Positions 38,931 through 48,127 of a stretch of DNA of 64,000 nucleotides are shown in pieces. Positions within the stretch are counted from its first letter, which is position 1; every line of letters begins with the position of its first letter. The DNA comes from an uncultured Gemmatimonadales bacterium (lineage in GTDB: Bacteria; Gemmatimonadota; Gemmatimonadetes; Gemmatimonadales; GWC2-71-9): positions 256,001 to 320,000 of the forward strand of contig CAVZZO010000003.1 of assembly GCA_963779755.1 (NCBI GenBank). Reading direction: 5' to 3'. The position numbers were made by a program, and so were the translations under genes. Under the pieces are notes generated by a model. That model ran no database searches. It was given only the letters and a program-made list of their open reading frames with translations, and was not told where the DNA came from.

Positions 38931-39371
38931 ATGAAGAGGATAGCGACAGTGCAGCATCTCAAAGTACCGGGGCTTCTGTGGATGGTCGTGCTCGCGCTGG
39001 CATATGCCACGCCGGCGGCGGCGCAGCAGCCGTCGGTGCGTACGGTCATGAAGAAGCTGGGCGTTCCTGCCGAGGCCCTGAGCCAGGTGCAGGTCACGTC
39101 CATTCAGATCGATTGCCGCCCGGCCGCATCGGGCACGCAATGCGACGCGATCTATCCTACCAGTTCGGCGGAGGTTTGCCGGGCGGTCGCGGTGCAGGAA
39201 GGCATGACGCGGCGGAACCGGCAGATGGACGCCGGCGAATCGCCGATCATCCGCTTGACCGTTCAGTGCGCCGACGGGATGTCGGTGCTGTTCCAGGCGG
39301 ACGGGCGCACGGCCATCATGGGCTATCGCGACGGCCACGGTAACAGCGGACAGCATCAGATCCCGCTCTGA
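38931..39371 (+). CDS. Secreted hypothetical protein with four Cys
   Basis: GAGGG RBS before ATG; signal peptide ending TPAAA-QQ; fills the gap between minus-strand genes. Confidence 0.65.
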   Translation: MKRIATVQHLKVPGLLWMVVLALAYATPAAAQQPSVRTVMKKLGVPAEALSQVQVTSIQIDCRPAASGTQCDAIYPTSSAEVCRAVAVQEGMTRRNRQMDAGESPIIRLTVQCADGMSVLFQADGRTAIMGYRDGHGNSGQHQIPL

Positions 39372-39375
39372 TTTC

Positions 39376-39930
39376 TCAGGACGCTGGAGCAGCAGGCGCG
39401 GGGCCGGCATCACCGGATGCCGGCCCCGCGCGCATCGGAACATGGCGGATCTGCAATGAGACGGTCTTGCTACCGCCATCGGTGTCCTGTCGGCCCACCT
39501 CGCGAAACCCCTGGGCCGCGTGAAACGCCAGCGACCCCGGATTGGGCGGCCGCAGGTTTACCTCGCAGGTGAGCAGTTCGACCGTTGAACCGGCGCGCGA
39601 CAGCAGTTCGCGATAGAGCGCGGCGCCGACTCCGCGGCCCCGCATATCCCGCCGCACCACGATCCGATCGATATAGAGAAAGCCGGCGTACCGGCTGCGA
39701 AACCAGAGAAAGTTCGGACTGTCGTACGCGGCCTCCGGCGGCAAGACCAGGAGGAATCCCACCAGCCGGCCGCCGGAGTCCGCTACCAGAAATTCGCGCG
39801 CCGCGCCGGCCAGCCAGCGGAGCCGGTCCGCGGAGATGGCGTTGACCGCCGGCGGCGCCGTATTGTTGAGCGCGAGCACGCCAGGAAGATCGGCCGCCGT
39901 CGCGCTGCGCACCCGCACCGGCTCGCCCAT
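39376..39930 (-). CDS. GNAT family N-acetyltransferase
   Basis: YDSPNFLWF, YIDRIVV, MRGRGVGAALY, CEVNLRPPNPGSLAFH. Confidence 0.9.
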   Translation of the reverse strand: MGEPVRVRSATAADLPGVLALNNTAPPAVNAISADRLRWLAGAAREFLVADSGGRLVGFLLVLPPEAAYDSPNFLWFRSRYAGFLYIDRIVVRRDMRGRGVGAALYRELLSRAGSTVELLTCEVNLRPPNPGSLAFHAAQGFREVGRQDTDGGSKTVSLQIRHVPMRAGPASGDAGPAPAAPAS

Positions 39931-39935
39931 CCTCG

Positions 39936-40394
39936 TCAGCGCTCCGCGAAGGCCACGTAGCGGCCGCTGAAACGGGCCAGCACGTCCGCTCCGCCCCGCA
40001 CCTCGACCTCAAGGGCAATCCGCCCGCGCCCGTGTCGCCGCAGGGCGCTCAGTAACCGTTCCAGACCGACCGCCGGAATGGTGCAGCCGGCGTGGAAGTC
40101 CTCCAGGATCGGCCGCTGATATGCCATCCGGCTGTCCTGGATCACCACATGTGCGGCGAGCCTGGCGCGTCGCAGCGAGAGCCAGACCGCCGACCATCCC
40201 GCCAGGGTGGCCAGCGCGTGTACGCTGCCGGCGAAGGCGGTGCCCTCGTGGTTCACGTTCACCGCCAGCGGCGCCGCGAGCACCAGACGATTCCCGTCCC
40301 AGGCCACCGGGTGAATACCCAGATGGTGAGAAACAGGGATCTCGCCGCGCAGCTTGGCGGCCAGCGCAACCAGTTCCTGTTCCGGCTCAGGCAT
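39936..40394 (-). CDS. YiiD C-terminal-like hotdog-fold thioesterase
   Basis: EIPVSHHLGI, APLAVNVNHEGTAFAGS, FSGRYVA. Confidence 0.88.
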   Translation of the reverse strand: MPEPEQELVALAAKLRGEIPVSHHLGIHPVAWDGNRLVLAAPLAVNVNHEGTAFAGSVHALATLAGWSAVWLSLRRARLAAHVVIQDSRMAYQRPILEDFHAGCTIPAVGLERLLSALRRHGRGRIALEVEVRGGADVLARFSGRYVAFAER

Positions 40395-40764
40395 TGCCAC
40401 TACCGGCAGGCGCGGCGGGGCGCCGAGACCTTGGCTTCCAGCCATAGCGGTCGAGATCGATGCGGCCACGACCGTCAAACCGGACGCCCTCGCGTTCCAG
40501 CAGCAGTCGCTGCGACAGGCCGCCCCCGGGAGGCAGACTGATCCGGCCGGCGGCATTCACTACCCGATGCCAGGGAACGGCCCGGGCGGGGGTAAGGGCA
40601 TGCAGGGCGTAGCCCACCTGGCGCGCGCCCCGCGGAATGCCTCCCGCGAGCCCAGCCACTTGGCCGTAGGTCGCCACCCGCCCCCGGGGAATCCGGCGTA
40701 CCACGGCGTAGATGCGGGAATAGGTGTCCGATGTGGCCCCCGCGGCGGCGCGGCCCCCCCTCAC
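40387..40764 (-). CDS. Alkyltransferase-like (ATL, MGMT-family) DNA-binding protein
   Basis: IPRGRVATYGQVA, ARQVGYAL, PWHRVVNA (Trp in place of the catalytic Cys). Confidence 0.9.
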   Translation of the reverse strand: MRGGRAAAGATSDTYSRIYAVVRRIPRGRVATYGQVAGLAGGIPRGARQVGYALHALTPARAVPWHRVVNAAGRISLPPGGGLSQRLLLEREGVRFDGRGRIDLDRYGWKPRSRRPAAPAGSGNA

Positions 40765-41048
40765 GGTGCGGTCCGGTTACGGTCGCCGTGCTGGTAGAAC
40801 CTGCCCCGCTTCACCACCAGGAGGACGGTCCGGGTGTTCCGGATGTCCTGCAGTGGATCGGCTTCCAGGACGAGCAGGTCGGCAATCCTGCCGGGCTGGA
40901 TGCTGCCCAGGGAGTCCTGCTGTCCATCCAGCACCACGCCGCCGGTAAGGGCTACGGGTGCGTCGTCCGGCGGCCAAGCCTGCGTGCGGGATACCGTGGG
41001 AAAAAGCAGGGCGGCGGCAATGCCGACTAACCTGAGTTTCCACATCAT
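40761..41048 (-). pseudogene. Amidohydrolase remnant with in-frame loss of the TIM barrel
   Basis: Signal peptide plus VALTGGVVLDG joined directly to the C-terminal LGSIQPGRIADLLVLEADPLQDIRNTR...VKRGR; only 95 aa. Confidence 0.72.
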
Positions 41049-41138
41049 GTCACACGATTTAACTGACTATAGAGAAAGATGTTGCGTCGGCCGATGTTAA
41101 TTAACATGACCAGTGGCTGGCTGCCACGTCAGGTCCCG

Positions 41139-41474
41139 TCAGGACCGGTTGGAGTGTTCGTTTTCCAACCGCTGGATGGCCGAGCGCAGATCGGCCCATT
41201 CCCGGTGATCCAACTGGATGCTTCCGGCAACGGCGTCATCTGCCAGGCCGGCAATGATGTCCACGGCCCGGCGGATCCGGAACCGTTCCAGGGGAGCCGA
41301 GTCGTCGGTGCTCGCGGAGGCCATGATGCTCCAGACCCGGAGGCGGACGTCGTCCACCGCACGTTTGAAATCCTCCAGAGCCGGCCGGGGGATGCGCCCC
41401 TTGTCGAGCTGGGCCTCGATAGCCTGCAGAGTCGCCCGGATCGCGCCTACCTGGGTGGTCAGCGAGTGTGCCAT
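41139..41474 (-). CDS. Hypothetical helical protein
   Basis: GAGGAG RBS, ATG start, protein-like amphipathic composition. Confidence 0.7.
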   Translation of the reverse strand: MAHSLTTQVGAIRATLQAIEAQLDKGRIPRPALEDFKRAVDDVRLRVWSIMASASTDDSAPLERFRIRRAVDIIAGLADDAVAGSIQLDHREWADLRSAIQRLENEHSNRS

Positions 41475-41582
41475 TGTACGATGCTCCTCGGGTCGATTAT
41501 TCCGTCCGCCTCTCCACCGCCGCCCTTGCCCGCGCGGGTATACCGTGACAGGAGCGGGGTGTTCGAGCGCGCATCCCGCGGC

Positions 41583-41867
41583 TCAGGGCTGCCCGCTCCC
41601 GGGAGGCTCTCCGCGTTCACCCCGGGTGAGCAGGCGCTCGGCGAAGTCCATCCGCTCGCTTACCTCCACCAATTCCTGCCGGAGTTCCTGAACCTCCTGC
41701 GCCAGCGCATCGAGCTCCGCGGCGGTTTCGGCGTTGAGCCCCGCGCGGGCCTTCGCCTCTTCCACCCGCAGCCGCATGTTCTTGTTGATCCCGCTGAAGA
41801 TCACGGCGGCCACGGGAATGGCCAGGGCCAGGATGGGAATGAAGAGCGCCAGGGTCTGCCGGTCCAT
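41583..41867 (-). CDS. Single-TM coiled-coil hypothetical protein
   Basis: N-terminal TM helix, heptad region, ERMDFAERLL tail. Confidence 0.75.
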   Translation of the reverse strand: MDRQTLALFIPILALAIPVAAVIFSGINKNMRLRVEEAKARAGLNAETAAELDALAQEVQELRQELVEVSERMDFAERLLTRGERGEPPGSGQP

Positions 41868-41877
41868 GATTGGGCTC

Positions 41878-42096
41878 TCAGTGACGAGAGGAAGCCTCGT
41901 TGCCCGGATTCTCCAGCTCGGAGCGGCTCCGCCGCCGCATGGCTGTGCTCAGGAGAAGAAACGCCAGGGCGATATAGAGGAATGTGCGGTTGAAGCCCAG
42001 GCCGGTGAACTTGGGCGCTACCGCAATCGCCAGGAACACGATTCCCAGAATAAGAGAGACCCGGTGGCCCGTGCGGGCAGCGTTGGCCGTCGACAT
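41878..42096 (-). CDS. Small two-TM hypothetical protein
   Basis: GGAGG RBS, two hydrophobic segments, basic tail. Confidence 0.6.
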   Translation of the reverse strand: MSTANAARTGHRVSLILGIVFLAIAVAPKFTGLGFNRTFLYIALAFLLLSTAMRRRSRSELENPGNEASSRH

Positions 42097-42175
42097 GAGG
42101 CCTCCCGACGAGGAAGATACGGCAGGGGATTCATTTCAAAATACTCGGCGGCAGGCGGATGGCGAGAGCCGCCGG

Positions 42176-42532
42176 TCAGCGCCGCACCGTCCCTCGTACC
42201 CGGCCGCTGTTACACTCGACCCGGACCAGCTGATCGGGAGCGAGGCCGTAGCTGCCAGGGGGCGCTTCGTAGTCGCCATCTCCGCCGTAGGAGCGGATCA
42301 TCCGCAGGCGAATGGCGCGCGACGGATCGGCCATGGGGCTGCGGCATCCGCTGCCGGCGATGGTATCCGCCGGCAGGATCCGGAGGCCTCCTGGCACCGG
42401 CTCGAGGCGCAGCGGCAGCGCGGGAACGGGACGGATAGTCTCATTGCCCGGCCAGGAAGAAGGACCGCCGGCGCAGGCGGCAAGAAGGCAGAGGGCGGCT
42501 GCCGGGAGCAGCCGCCCGGGAGAAGTCGGCAC
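42176..42532 (-). CDS. Putative lipoprotein
   Basis: Lipobox LAAC; GCRSPMADP...GDYE...YGL...VEC core. Confidence 0.65.
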   Translation of the reverse strand: MPTSPGRLLPAAALCLLAACAGGPSSWPGNETIRPVPALPLRLEPVPGGLRILPADTIAGSGCRSPMADPSRAIRLRMIRSYGGDGDYEAPPGSYGLAPDQLVRVECNSGRVRGTVRR

Positions 42533-42576
42533 CGCTCAAAGCTAACAGCCGGCCGCCTCCGGTGGCAGCCGCCTGA

Positions 42577-43035
42577 TCAGGGCGCCTTGACCAGCACGCC
42601 CACCGCGCTGGCGCTGGAGTCGGCGTGGGTCGAGTCGATAATGGGCCAATCCCATCGAATATCCCCGCTGTTGATCGCCATCGTCGTGGCGCTGGTCAGG
42701 TTGTAGGAGAAGTGCGCGGTGGTCGCGTTCACGTTGAACAACGGCAGCGTGATGGTCCGACCGACGGTATCAACCGTACCCGAGAGATTCGCGGTATCAC
42801 TACCCAAGATCCGCTGCGCCGATACCGATGTGTTGGCAATGGTGAGGGTGAGGTCGGGGTGTGCCTTGAGGGTGGTGTCGTTCACGTTGTAGATGGTGAA
42901 CGTCGAGGCGACCCAGGTGCCCGAGACATCCCCCCCGGTAGGGTTCGGTTTGGTCGAGGACGAGCCGCCGCAGGCACCCAGCGCCGCCGCGGCGGCCAGC
43001 AGGAAAAACCGTGAGCAACGCAGAGATGGTATCAT
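42577..43035 (-). CDS. Putative lipoprotein, beta-rich (lipocalin-like)
   Basis: Lipobox LGAC after ATG 43035; DVSGTW motif; Thr/Ser-rich beta strands. Confidence 0.7.
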   Translation of the reverse strand: MIPSLRCSRFFLLAAAAALGACGGSSSTKPNPTGGDVSGTWVASTFTIYNVNDTTLKAHPDLTLTIANTSVSAQRILGSDTANLSGTVDTVGRTITLPLFNVNATTAHFSYNLTSATTMAINSGDIRWDWPIIDSTHADSSASAVGVLVKAP

Positions 43036-43404
43036 GGCCCCGCTCGGTGAGGTAGGAATGCCGGCACGCCGGCGCGCAGCCGCGGATGAGCCCCAGAGGG
43101 AGACGACCAAACCGGCTTCCCTGACACGCCCCCCCGGAGGGCCTGCCCCGAAGTATGAAACCGCATAGCCGACTGGCGCAATCGCCGATGGGGCCGCCCG
43201 CCGGGGGCGGGAGGGGCTCCCTCCCGGTTTGAAAGAAGTCTTCACCCTTTCTTTCGCCGTCATTCACCCCCCCTTCATTACGATGTGCATGCCGGTCAGG
43301 CGAGTAGCCCGGCCGGCTTCGTCCGTGACCGCGGCCGCATCCCCCACGGTGGCCCGGTGGCAGTCCACGGACGGTCCTGGCCCCCGGACCCTCGGAGTCT
43401 GGTC

Positions 43405-45336
43405 ATGCCTACGTCTGTCGCAGGTTCTTCGTCCGCGCCCGCGATCGCGGCCACCCCCGCCACCACGCGCCGGCTTTCTGAGCATACCGTCGAGATCGTC
43501 TCCGATTCCGGCGAAGGCGCCCAGAAATGCGGCCAGATCTTCGGCGCTGTTTCGGCCAAGATGGGCAACGGGGTCTGGACGGTCGAGATCATCCCGGCGG
43601 AGATCCAGCCGCCGCCCCGGGTCCCGGAAGGGGCCAGCGGTATCCGGATCCGGTTCGGCACCGAGCCGGTGACCAACTGGGGCGACAATACCCGCCTGGT
43701 GGTGGCCTTCAACGAACAGGTACTCCTGGCCCGACACCGCCTGGGCGCGCTCGCGCCCGACGCCACCGTCCTGCTGGAGAACAAGTGGGCCAATCATCCG
43801 GATGACGATGTCCGCCGTGCCTGGGAATCGGCACTGCAGGAGCTGGCGGCGCATTCCTATCGCATCGTTCCCGTGCCCATGGACGAGCAGTGTCTGACCA
43901 TCGTGGATAATCCGCGCAAGGGCAAGAACATGTTTGCCCTGGGGATGCTGGCCTGGATCTACCAGCGCGACCTCGACCGGATCCGCGACCAGATCGCCTA
44001 CGCCTTCCGCAAGAAGTCCGAGGCGGTCTACACCCAGAACGTCGCCCTGCTGGAGCTGGGGTACGCCTGGGCGGGCGAGCATCTGGATTTCCGCTATGAG
44101 GTCCCGGCCGCGCCGGCGACGGAACCGATGGTAGTGATGAACGGCAACGAGGCGGCCGGCATGGGCGCCATCGCGGCGGGGTTCGAACTGTGCGCCATGT
44201 ACCCCATTACCCCGGCCACCTCCGCCTCGCATTACCTGGGCGAAGTCTTCCATCGTTTCGGCGGGGTGCTGCATCAGGCGGAGGACGAGATCGCCGCGGT
44301 GGGCGTGGCCATCGGCGCCTCCTATGCGGGCAAAGTCGCCCTCACCATCACCAGCGGACCGGGGCTGGCGCTCAAGACCGAGTTCCTGGGCCTCGCGGTC
44401 ATGGCGGAAATCCCGCTGGTGGTGCTGGACGTCCAGCGGGGCGGCCCCAGCACGGGGCTCCCCACCAAGGTGGAGCAGTCGGATCTGCTGGCGGTGCTGT
44501 TCGGCCAGCCGGGCGATGCGCCCAAGGTGGTGCTGGCTCCGGCCACCATCGAAGAGTGCTTCCACGTGATGCTCACCGCCCGCCGGCTGGCCGAGGCGTT
44601 CCGCTGTGTCGTAGTGGTGCTGTCGGATGCCAATCTCGCCACCGGCGTCCAGCCCTTCCCCCGGCCAGTCCCGGAGGAACGCTGGCTGCGTACGTCGCTG
44701 GACCTGGGGCCGGTGCCGGAGGGGCAGAAGGCCTACGACTGGAATCCCGAGACGGGCCTCTCGCGCCGGGTCATCCCGGGCCAGGCCAACGGGATGTACA
44801 CCCTGACGGGCCTGGCGCACGACAGCCGCAGCAAGGTGGCCTACAGCAGCGGCATTCACCAGCACAGCTCCGCCATGCGCAGCCGGAAACTGGCCACCCT
44901 GCAGCAGACCCTGCTGCCCCCGGCGGTCAATGGCGACGACTCGGGCGATCTCCTGCTGGTGGGCTGGGGAAGCACCAAGGGAGCCATCGAGGAAGCCGTG
45001 GCCCGGGCGCGTGCCGGCGGGCTCCGCGTGAGCTCGGTGCACCTCACCTTCCTCTCGCCGCTGCAGCCCGGACTGCGCGAGATCTTCGCCCGTTTCGGCC
45101 GGGTCTGCACCGTGGAGCTCAACTACAGCGACGACCCGTCGGCGCCCGGCATTACGCCGGAGAACCGCCGCATGGGCCAGCTCGCCTGGCTGCTGCGCGC
45201 CGCCACACTGGTGGACGTGGACTGCTGGACCCGTGTGCCAGGCGAGCCGCTGCGGCCGCAGGCCATTCTGGAAGCCATTCAGGCCCGGCTCGATGGAGCC
45301 GGGGCCGCCTCTCCGATGACGCGAGGTGCCAAGTGA
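43405..45336 (+). CDS. korA: 2-oxoacid:ferredoxin oxidoreductase subunit alpha (gamma-alpha fusion)
   Basis: SDSGEG, MNGNEA, YPITPA, QAEDEIAA, TSGPGLALK, DVQRGGPSTGLPTKVEQSD. Confidence 0.93.
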   Translation: MPTSVAGSSSAPAIAATPATTRRLSEHTVEIVSDSGEGAQKCGQIFGAVSAKMGNGVWTVEIIPAEIQPPPRVPEGASGIRIRFGTEPVTNWGDNTRLVVAFNEQVLLARHRLGALAPDATVLLENKWANHPDDDVRRAWESALQELAAHSYRIVPVPMDEQCLTIVDNPRKGKNMFALGMLAWIYQRDLDRIRDQIAYAFRKKSEAVYTQNVALLELGYAWAGEHLDFRYEVPAAPATEPMVVMNGNEAAGMGAIAAGFELCAMYPITPATSASHYLGEVFHRFGGVLHQAEDEIAAVGVAIGASYAGKVALTITSGPGLALKTEFLGLAVMAEIPLVVLDVQRGGPSTGLPTKVEQSDLLAVLFGQPGDAPKVVLAPATIEECFHVMLTARRLAEAFRCVVVVLSDANLATGVQPFPRPVPEERWLRTSLDLGPVPEGQKAYDWNPETGLSRRVIPGQANGMYTLTGLAHDSRSKVAYSSGIHQHSSAMRSRKLATLQQTLLPPAVNGDDSGDLLLVGWGSTKGAIEEAVARARAGGLRVSSVHLTFLSPLQPGLREIFARFGRVCTVELNYSDDPSAPGITPENRRMGQLAWLLRAATLVDVDCWTRVPGEPLRPQAILEAIQARLDGAGAASPMTRGAK

Positions 45337-46295
45337 ACGCCGGCGAGATGCTCTGCCCGCTGCTCCATGCCGTTGCCGAGCCGGGCGATCTCTCCTTCGA
45401 GATGTCGGATTACGAGGGCGCGCAGGCGCGCTGGTGCCCGGGCTGCGGCGATCATTCGGTCCTCACCGCGGTCGAGAAGCTGCTGGTGAGCGAACAGCTC
45501 CGCCCGGAACAGACGGTGTTCGTCTCCGGGATCGGCTGCTCCAGCCGCTTTCCCCACTACCTCAAGACCTACGGTTTCCACGGCATTCACGGCCGCGCGC
45601 TGCCGGTGGCAACCGGCATCAAGCTGCACCGGCCCGACCTCACCGTCTTCGTGGTGATGGGCGACGGCGATTGCACCTCGATCGGCGCGGGGCACTGGCT
45701 GCATGCGCTGCGCTATAACGTGCGCATGGTCGCCATGGTGCTCGACAACGCCATCTACGGCCTGACCAAGAACCAGACCTCGCCCACGACGCCGCAGGGG
45801 CATCCCAGCAACACGCAGCCCGGGGGCAGCTATCTCCCTGCCCTGAACCCCATCTCCATGGCGCTGGGGGTAAGCAACGCATCCTTCGTGGCCCAGACGG
45901 CGGAGTGGGTGCCGGCGCACCTGCTGGCCACGCTGCGCGCGGCCTATCACCATGAGGGGCTTGCCTTCGTGCGGATACTGCAGCGCTGCCCGGTGTTCAC
46001 TCCGGGCATCTTCCAGCAGGCGGTCCAGAAGCCCGACCTGATCGAGCTTCTGGTGCACGACGACGGTGTCGCCGCCCCGGAGCTGGAGAAGACCTACAAG
46101 AACCGCATCACACATGACCCGCACGACCTGGATCAGGCCCGCCGGCTGGCCGAGATGTCGGACCGGGTACGGCTCGGCGTGTTCTACCGGGACGAGTCGC
46201 GTGCCCGGTACGACCTCATCCGGCAGGTGCCGGCCCGCACGGCGGCCGACCGGATCTCCCTGCTCAACGCGGAGCTCGACAAGTATGCCGTCTGA
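45333..46295 (+). CDS. korB: 2-oxoacid:ferredoxin oxidoreductase subunit beta
   Basis: WCPGCGD, SGIGCSSR, HGRALP, GDGD TPP motif, NAIYGLTKNQTSPT. Confidence 0.94.
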   Translation: MNAGEMLCPLLHAVAEPGDLSFEMSDYEGAQARWCPGCGDHSVLTAVEKLLVSEQLRPEQTVFVSGIGCSSRFPHYLKTYGFHGIHGRALPVATGIKLHRPDLTVFVVMGDGDCTSIGAGHWLHALRYNVRMVAMVLDNAIYGLTKNQTSPTTPQGHPSNTQPGGSYLPALNPISMALGVSNASFVAQTAEWVPAHLLATLRAAYHHEGLAFVRILQRCPVFTPGIFQQAVQKPDLIELLVHDDGVAAPELEKTYKNRITHDPHDLDQARRLAEMSDRVRLGVFYRDESRARYDLIRQVPARTAADRISLLNAELDKYAV

Positions 46296-47295
46296 TCCTC
46301 GACTGGAGCAGGTCCAGGCCCTGGTGGCCGATGCCCAGGTGCGCTGCCGGGCGGCCATTGCCGCCGCGGCCGACCAGGTGGGCGACTATCTCGACAGCCA
46401 TCGGCAGCCGGCCGCGGGCGGCGGCGAGCCGCCGACGCGGCTGGGCCGGTTCGCGGCGGGGCGGATCAGCGAAAGCCGGTTCGCCTCGCTTTTCGAGCCC
46501 GACACGGTAGCCCCCGGGAGGCTGGAGCCCATGGAACGCGCCGCGGCGGTGCTGGCCGACGTCCTGGCGCAGGACGGCACCGCCGCGCAGATCCTGCCCC
46601 GGGGCGGCGATCTGGCGCGCCTGGTGGAAGACCAGCTGGCACGAACGGGCCGCGCCTTCGGCGCCGCGCTGCTGTTCCAGGCCGCCCGGGCCGGGGCATA
46701 CCGCCCCGATGAGCACGACCGGCTCCTGGAGGGGCTGCCCTTCAGACGCTGGAACCGGAGCGAGCGGCAGCTGGCACCGCCGATGGTCGTCCTGCTGGAC
46801 GGCGCCGATGCCCGGGCCGAAGGCCTGGCGCCGTTCCTCGACGGCGGCATCAAGATCGTCCTCGTCCTGGAGCCGCCCGTCTCACCGGCGCCGCTGGTCC
46901 GGCTGATCACTCCCGGCGTGTTCGTCATGCAGACGTCCAATCCAGCCGACCTCTCCCGGCTGATGAGCTTCGGCGGCCCCGGGATCGCGGCCCTGGTGCC
47001 CGAGGGCGCCGCCCGGTTCGTACACGATCCGGCCGCTGGCGGCGCTCTGGGTCAGCGGCTCGAGATTCAGCAGTTGCCGCCGGAGCCGCCCCGGGCACCG
47101 CTGGGAGGGCGCAGCGCCTGGCAGCAGCGGGAGGAGTTGACCCAGCTGGCGCTGCTGGCCGATCTCGCAGCGGCCCCGCCTGCCCTGGCACCCACCGGCG
47201 CACCGGCGGGCGGCGCGCAGTCGGTCGATGCCCTGGCGTCCTGGCTGCTGGCACAGGCCGGGCTGTCCCCCGCTCCGGGAGCACCGGCGACATGA
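46285..47295 (+). CDS. Hypothetical soluble protein in the oxidoreductase/Rnf operon
   Basis: Overlaps the korB stop and the rnfB start; coding-like GC3 pattern; no recognised motif. Confidence 0.8.
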   Translation: MPSDPRLEQVQALVADAQVRCRAAIAAAADQVGDYLDSHRQPAAGGGEPPTRLGRFAAGRISESRFASLFEPDTVAPGRLEPMERAAAVLADVLAQDGTAAQILPRGGDLARLVEDQLARTGRAFGAALLFQAARAGAYRPDEHDRLLEGLPFRRWNRSERQLAPPMVVLLDGADARAEGLAPFLDGGIKIVLVLEPPVSPAPLVRLITPGVFVMQTSNPADLSRLMSFGGPGIAALVPEGAARFVHDPAAGGALGQRLEIQQLPPEPPRAPLGGRSAWQQREELTQLALLADLAAAPPALAPTGAPAGGAQSVDALASWLLAQAGLSPAPGAPAT

Positions 47296-48122
47296 TCTTC
47301 GCCGCCGTCGCCATCCTGGGCAGCGTCGGTCTCGTCTTCGGGACCCTCATCGCCCTCGCCAACCGGAAGCTCAAGGTCTGGGAAGACCCGCGTATCGACG
47401 TGGTGAACGGCCTGCTGCCCAACGCCAACTGCGGCGCCTGCGGCGAGCCGGGCTGCCGCGCCTTTGCCGAAAAGCTGGTGGCGGGTGCGGTAAAGCCGGC
47501 GGACTGCAATGTGGCCACCGATGAGGCGCGGGCGCAGATCGCGAGCTACCTGGGGGTGGATGCGGGCCAGGCGGTGCGCATCGGCGCGCGTCTGCTCTGC
47601 GCCGGCGGTGCCGCGGTGGCCCGCCAGCAGGCGGAGTACCGCGGGCTGCCCACCTGTGCCGCCGCGGCGGCCGTGGGCGGCGGCGGCAAGGGCTGCACCT
47701 GGGGCTGCCTGGGGCTGGCCGACTGCGTCCGTGCGTGCACCTTCGACGCCATGCGCATGAGCGGCGACGGCCTCCCGCTCATCGACCTGGAGAAGTGCAC
47801 CGCCTGCGGCGACTGCGTCACCGCCTGCCCCAAGGACCTGCTCGCCATCATGCCGCTGGATCAGCACCTGCTGGTGCGGTGCCGCAATCTCATGGCCGGC
47901 GACGACATTCTGGAAGACTGCAAGGTGGCCTGTACCACGTGCGGCAAGTGCGTGGCCGACGCGGCGGCGGGACTCATCAGCATCAGCAGCGGCGTCGCGG
48001 TGGTGGACTACCGGCTCAACGCCATGGCCGACGCGGCGGCAATCGCGCGCTGTCCGACCGGGGCTATCGTCTGGCTGGAGACGGGCTCCACCGCCTCCCT
48101 ACTCGTCGGGAGCACAACGTGA
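47292..48122 (+). CDS. rnfB: Rnf electron transport complex subunit B
   Basis: N-terminal TM helix, LPNANCGACGEPGC, CLGLADCVRAC, CTACGDCVTACP, CTTCGKC. Confidence 0.93.
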   Translation: MIFAAVAILGSVGLVFGTLIALANRKLKVWEDPRIDVVNGLLPNANCGACGEPGCRAFAEKLVAGAVKPADCNVATDEARAQIASYLGVDAGQAVRIGARLLCAGGAAVARQQAEYRGLPTCAAAAAVGGGGKGCTWGCLGLADCVRACTFDAMRMSGDGLPLIDLEKCTACGDCVTACPKDLLAIMPLDQHLLVRCRNLMAGDDILEDCKVACTTCGKCVADAAAGLISISSGVAVVDYRLNAMADAAAIARCPTGAIVWLETGSTASLLVGSTT

Positions 48123-48127
48123 AACTC

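Noticed and set aside
40387..40764. Active O6-methylguanine methyltransferase (ogt)
   Set aside because: The active-site motif is PWHRV rather than PCHRV, so it is the known non-catalytic ATL type.
43228..43247. TTTGAAAGAAGTCTTCACC as a Rex or FNR site upstream of korA
   Set aside because: Half-site spacing matches neither TTGTGAA-N4-TTCACAA nor TTGAT-N4-ATCAA.
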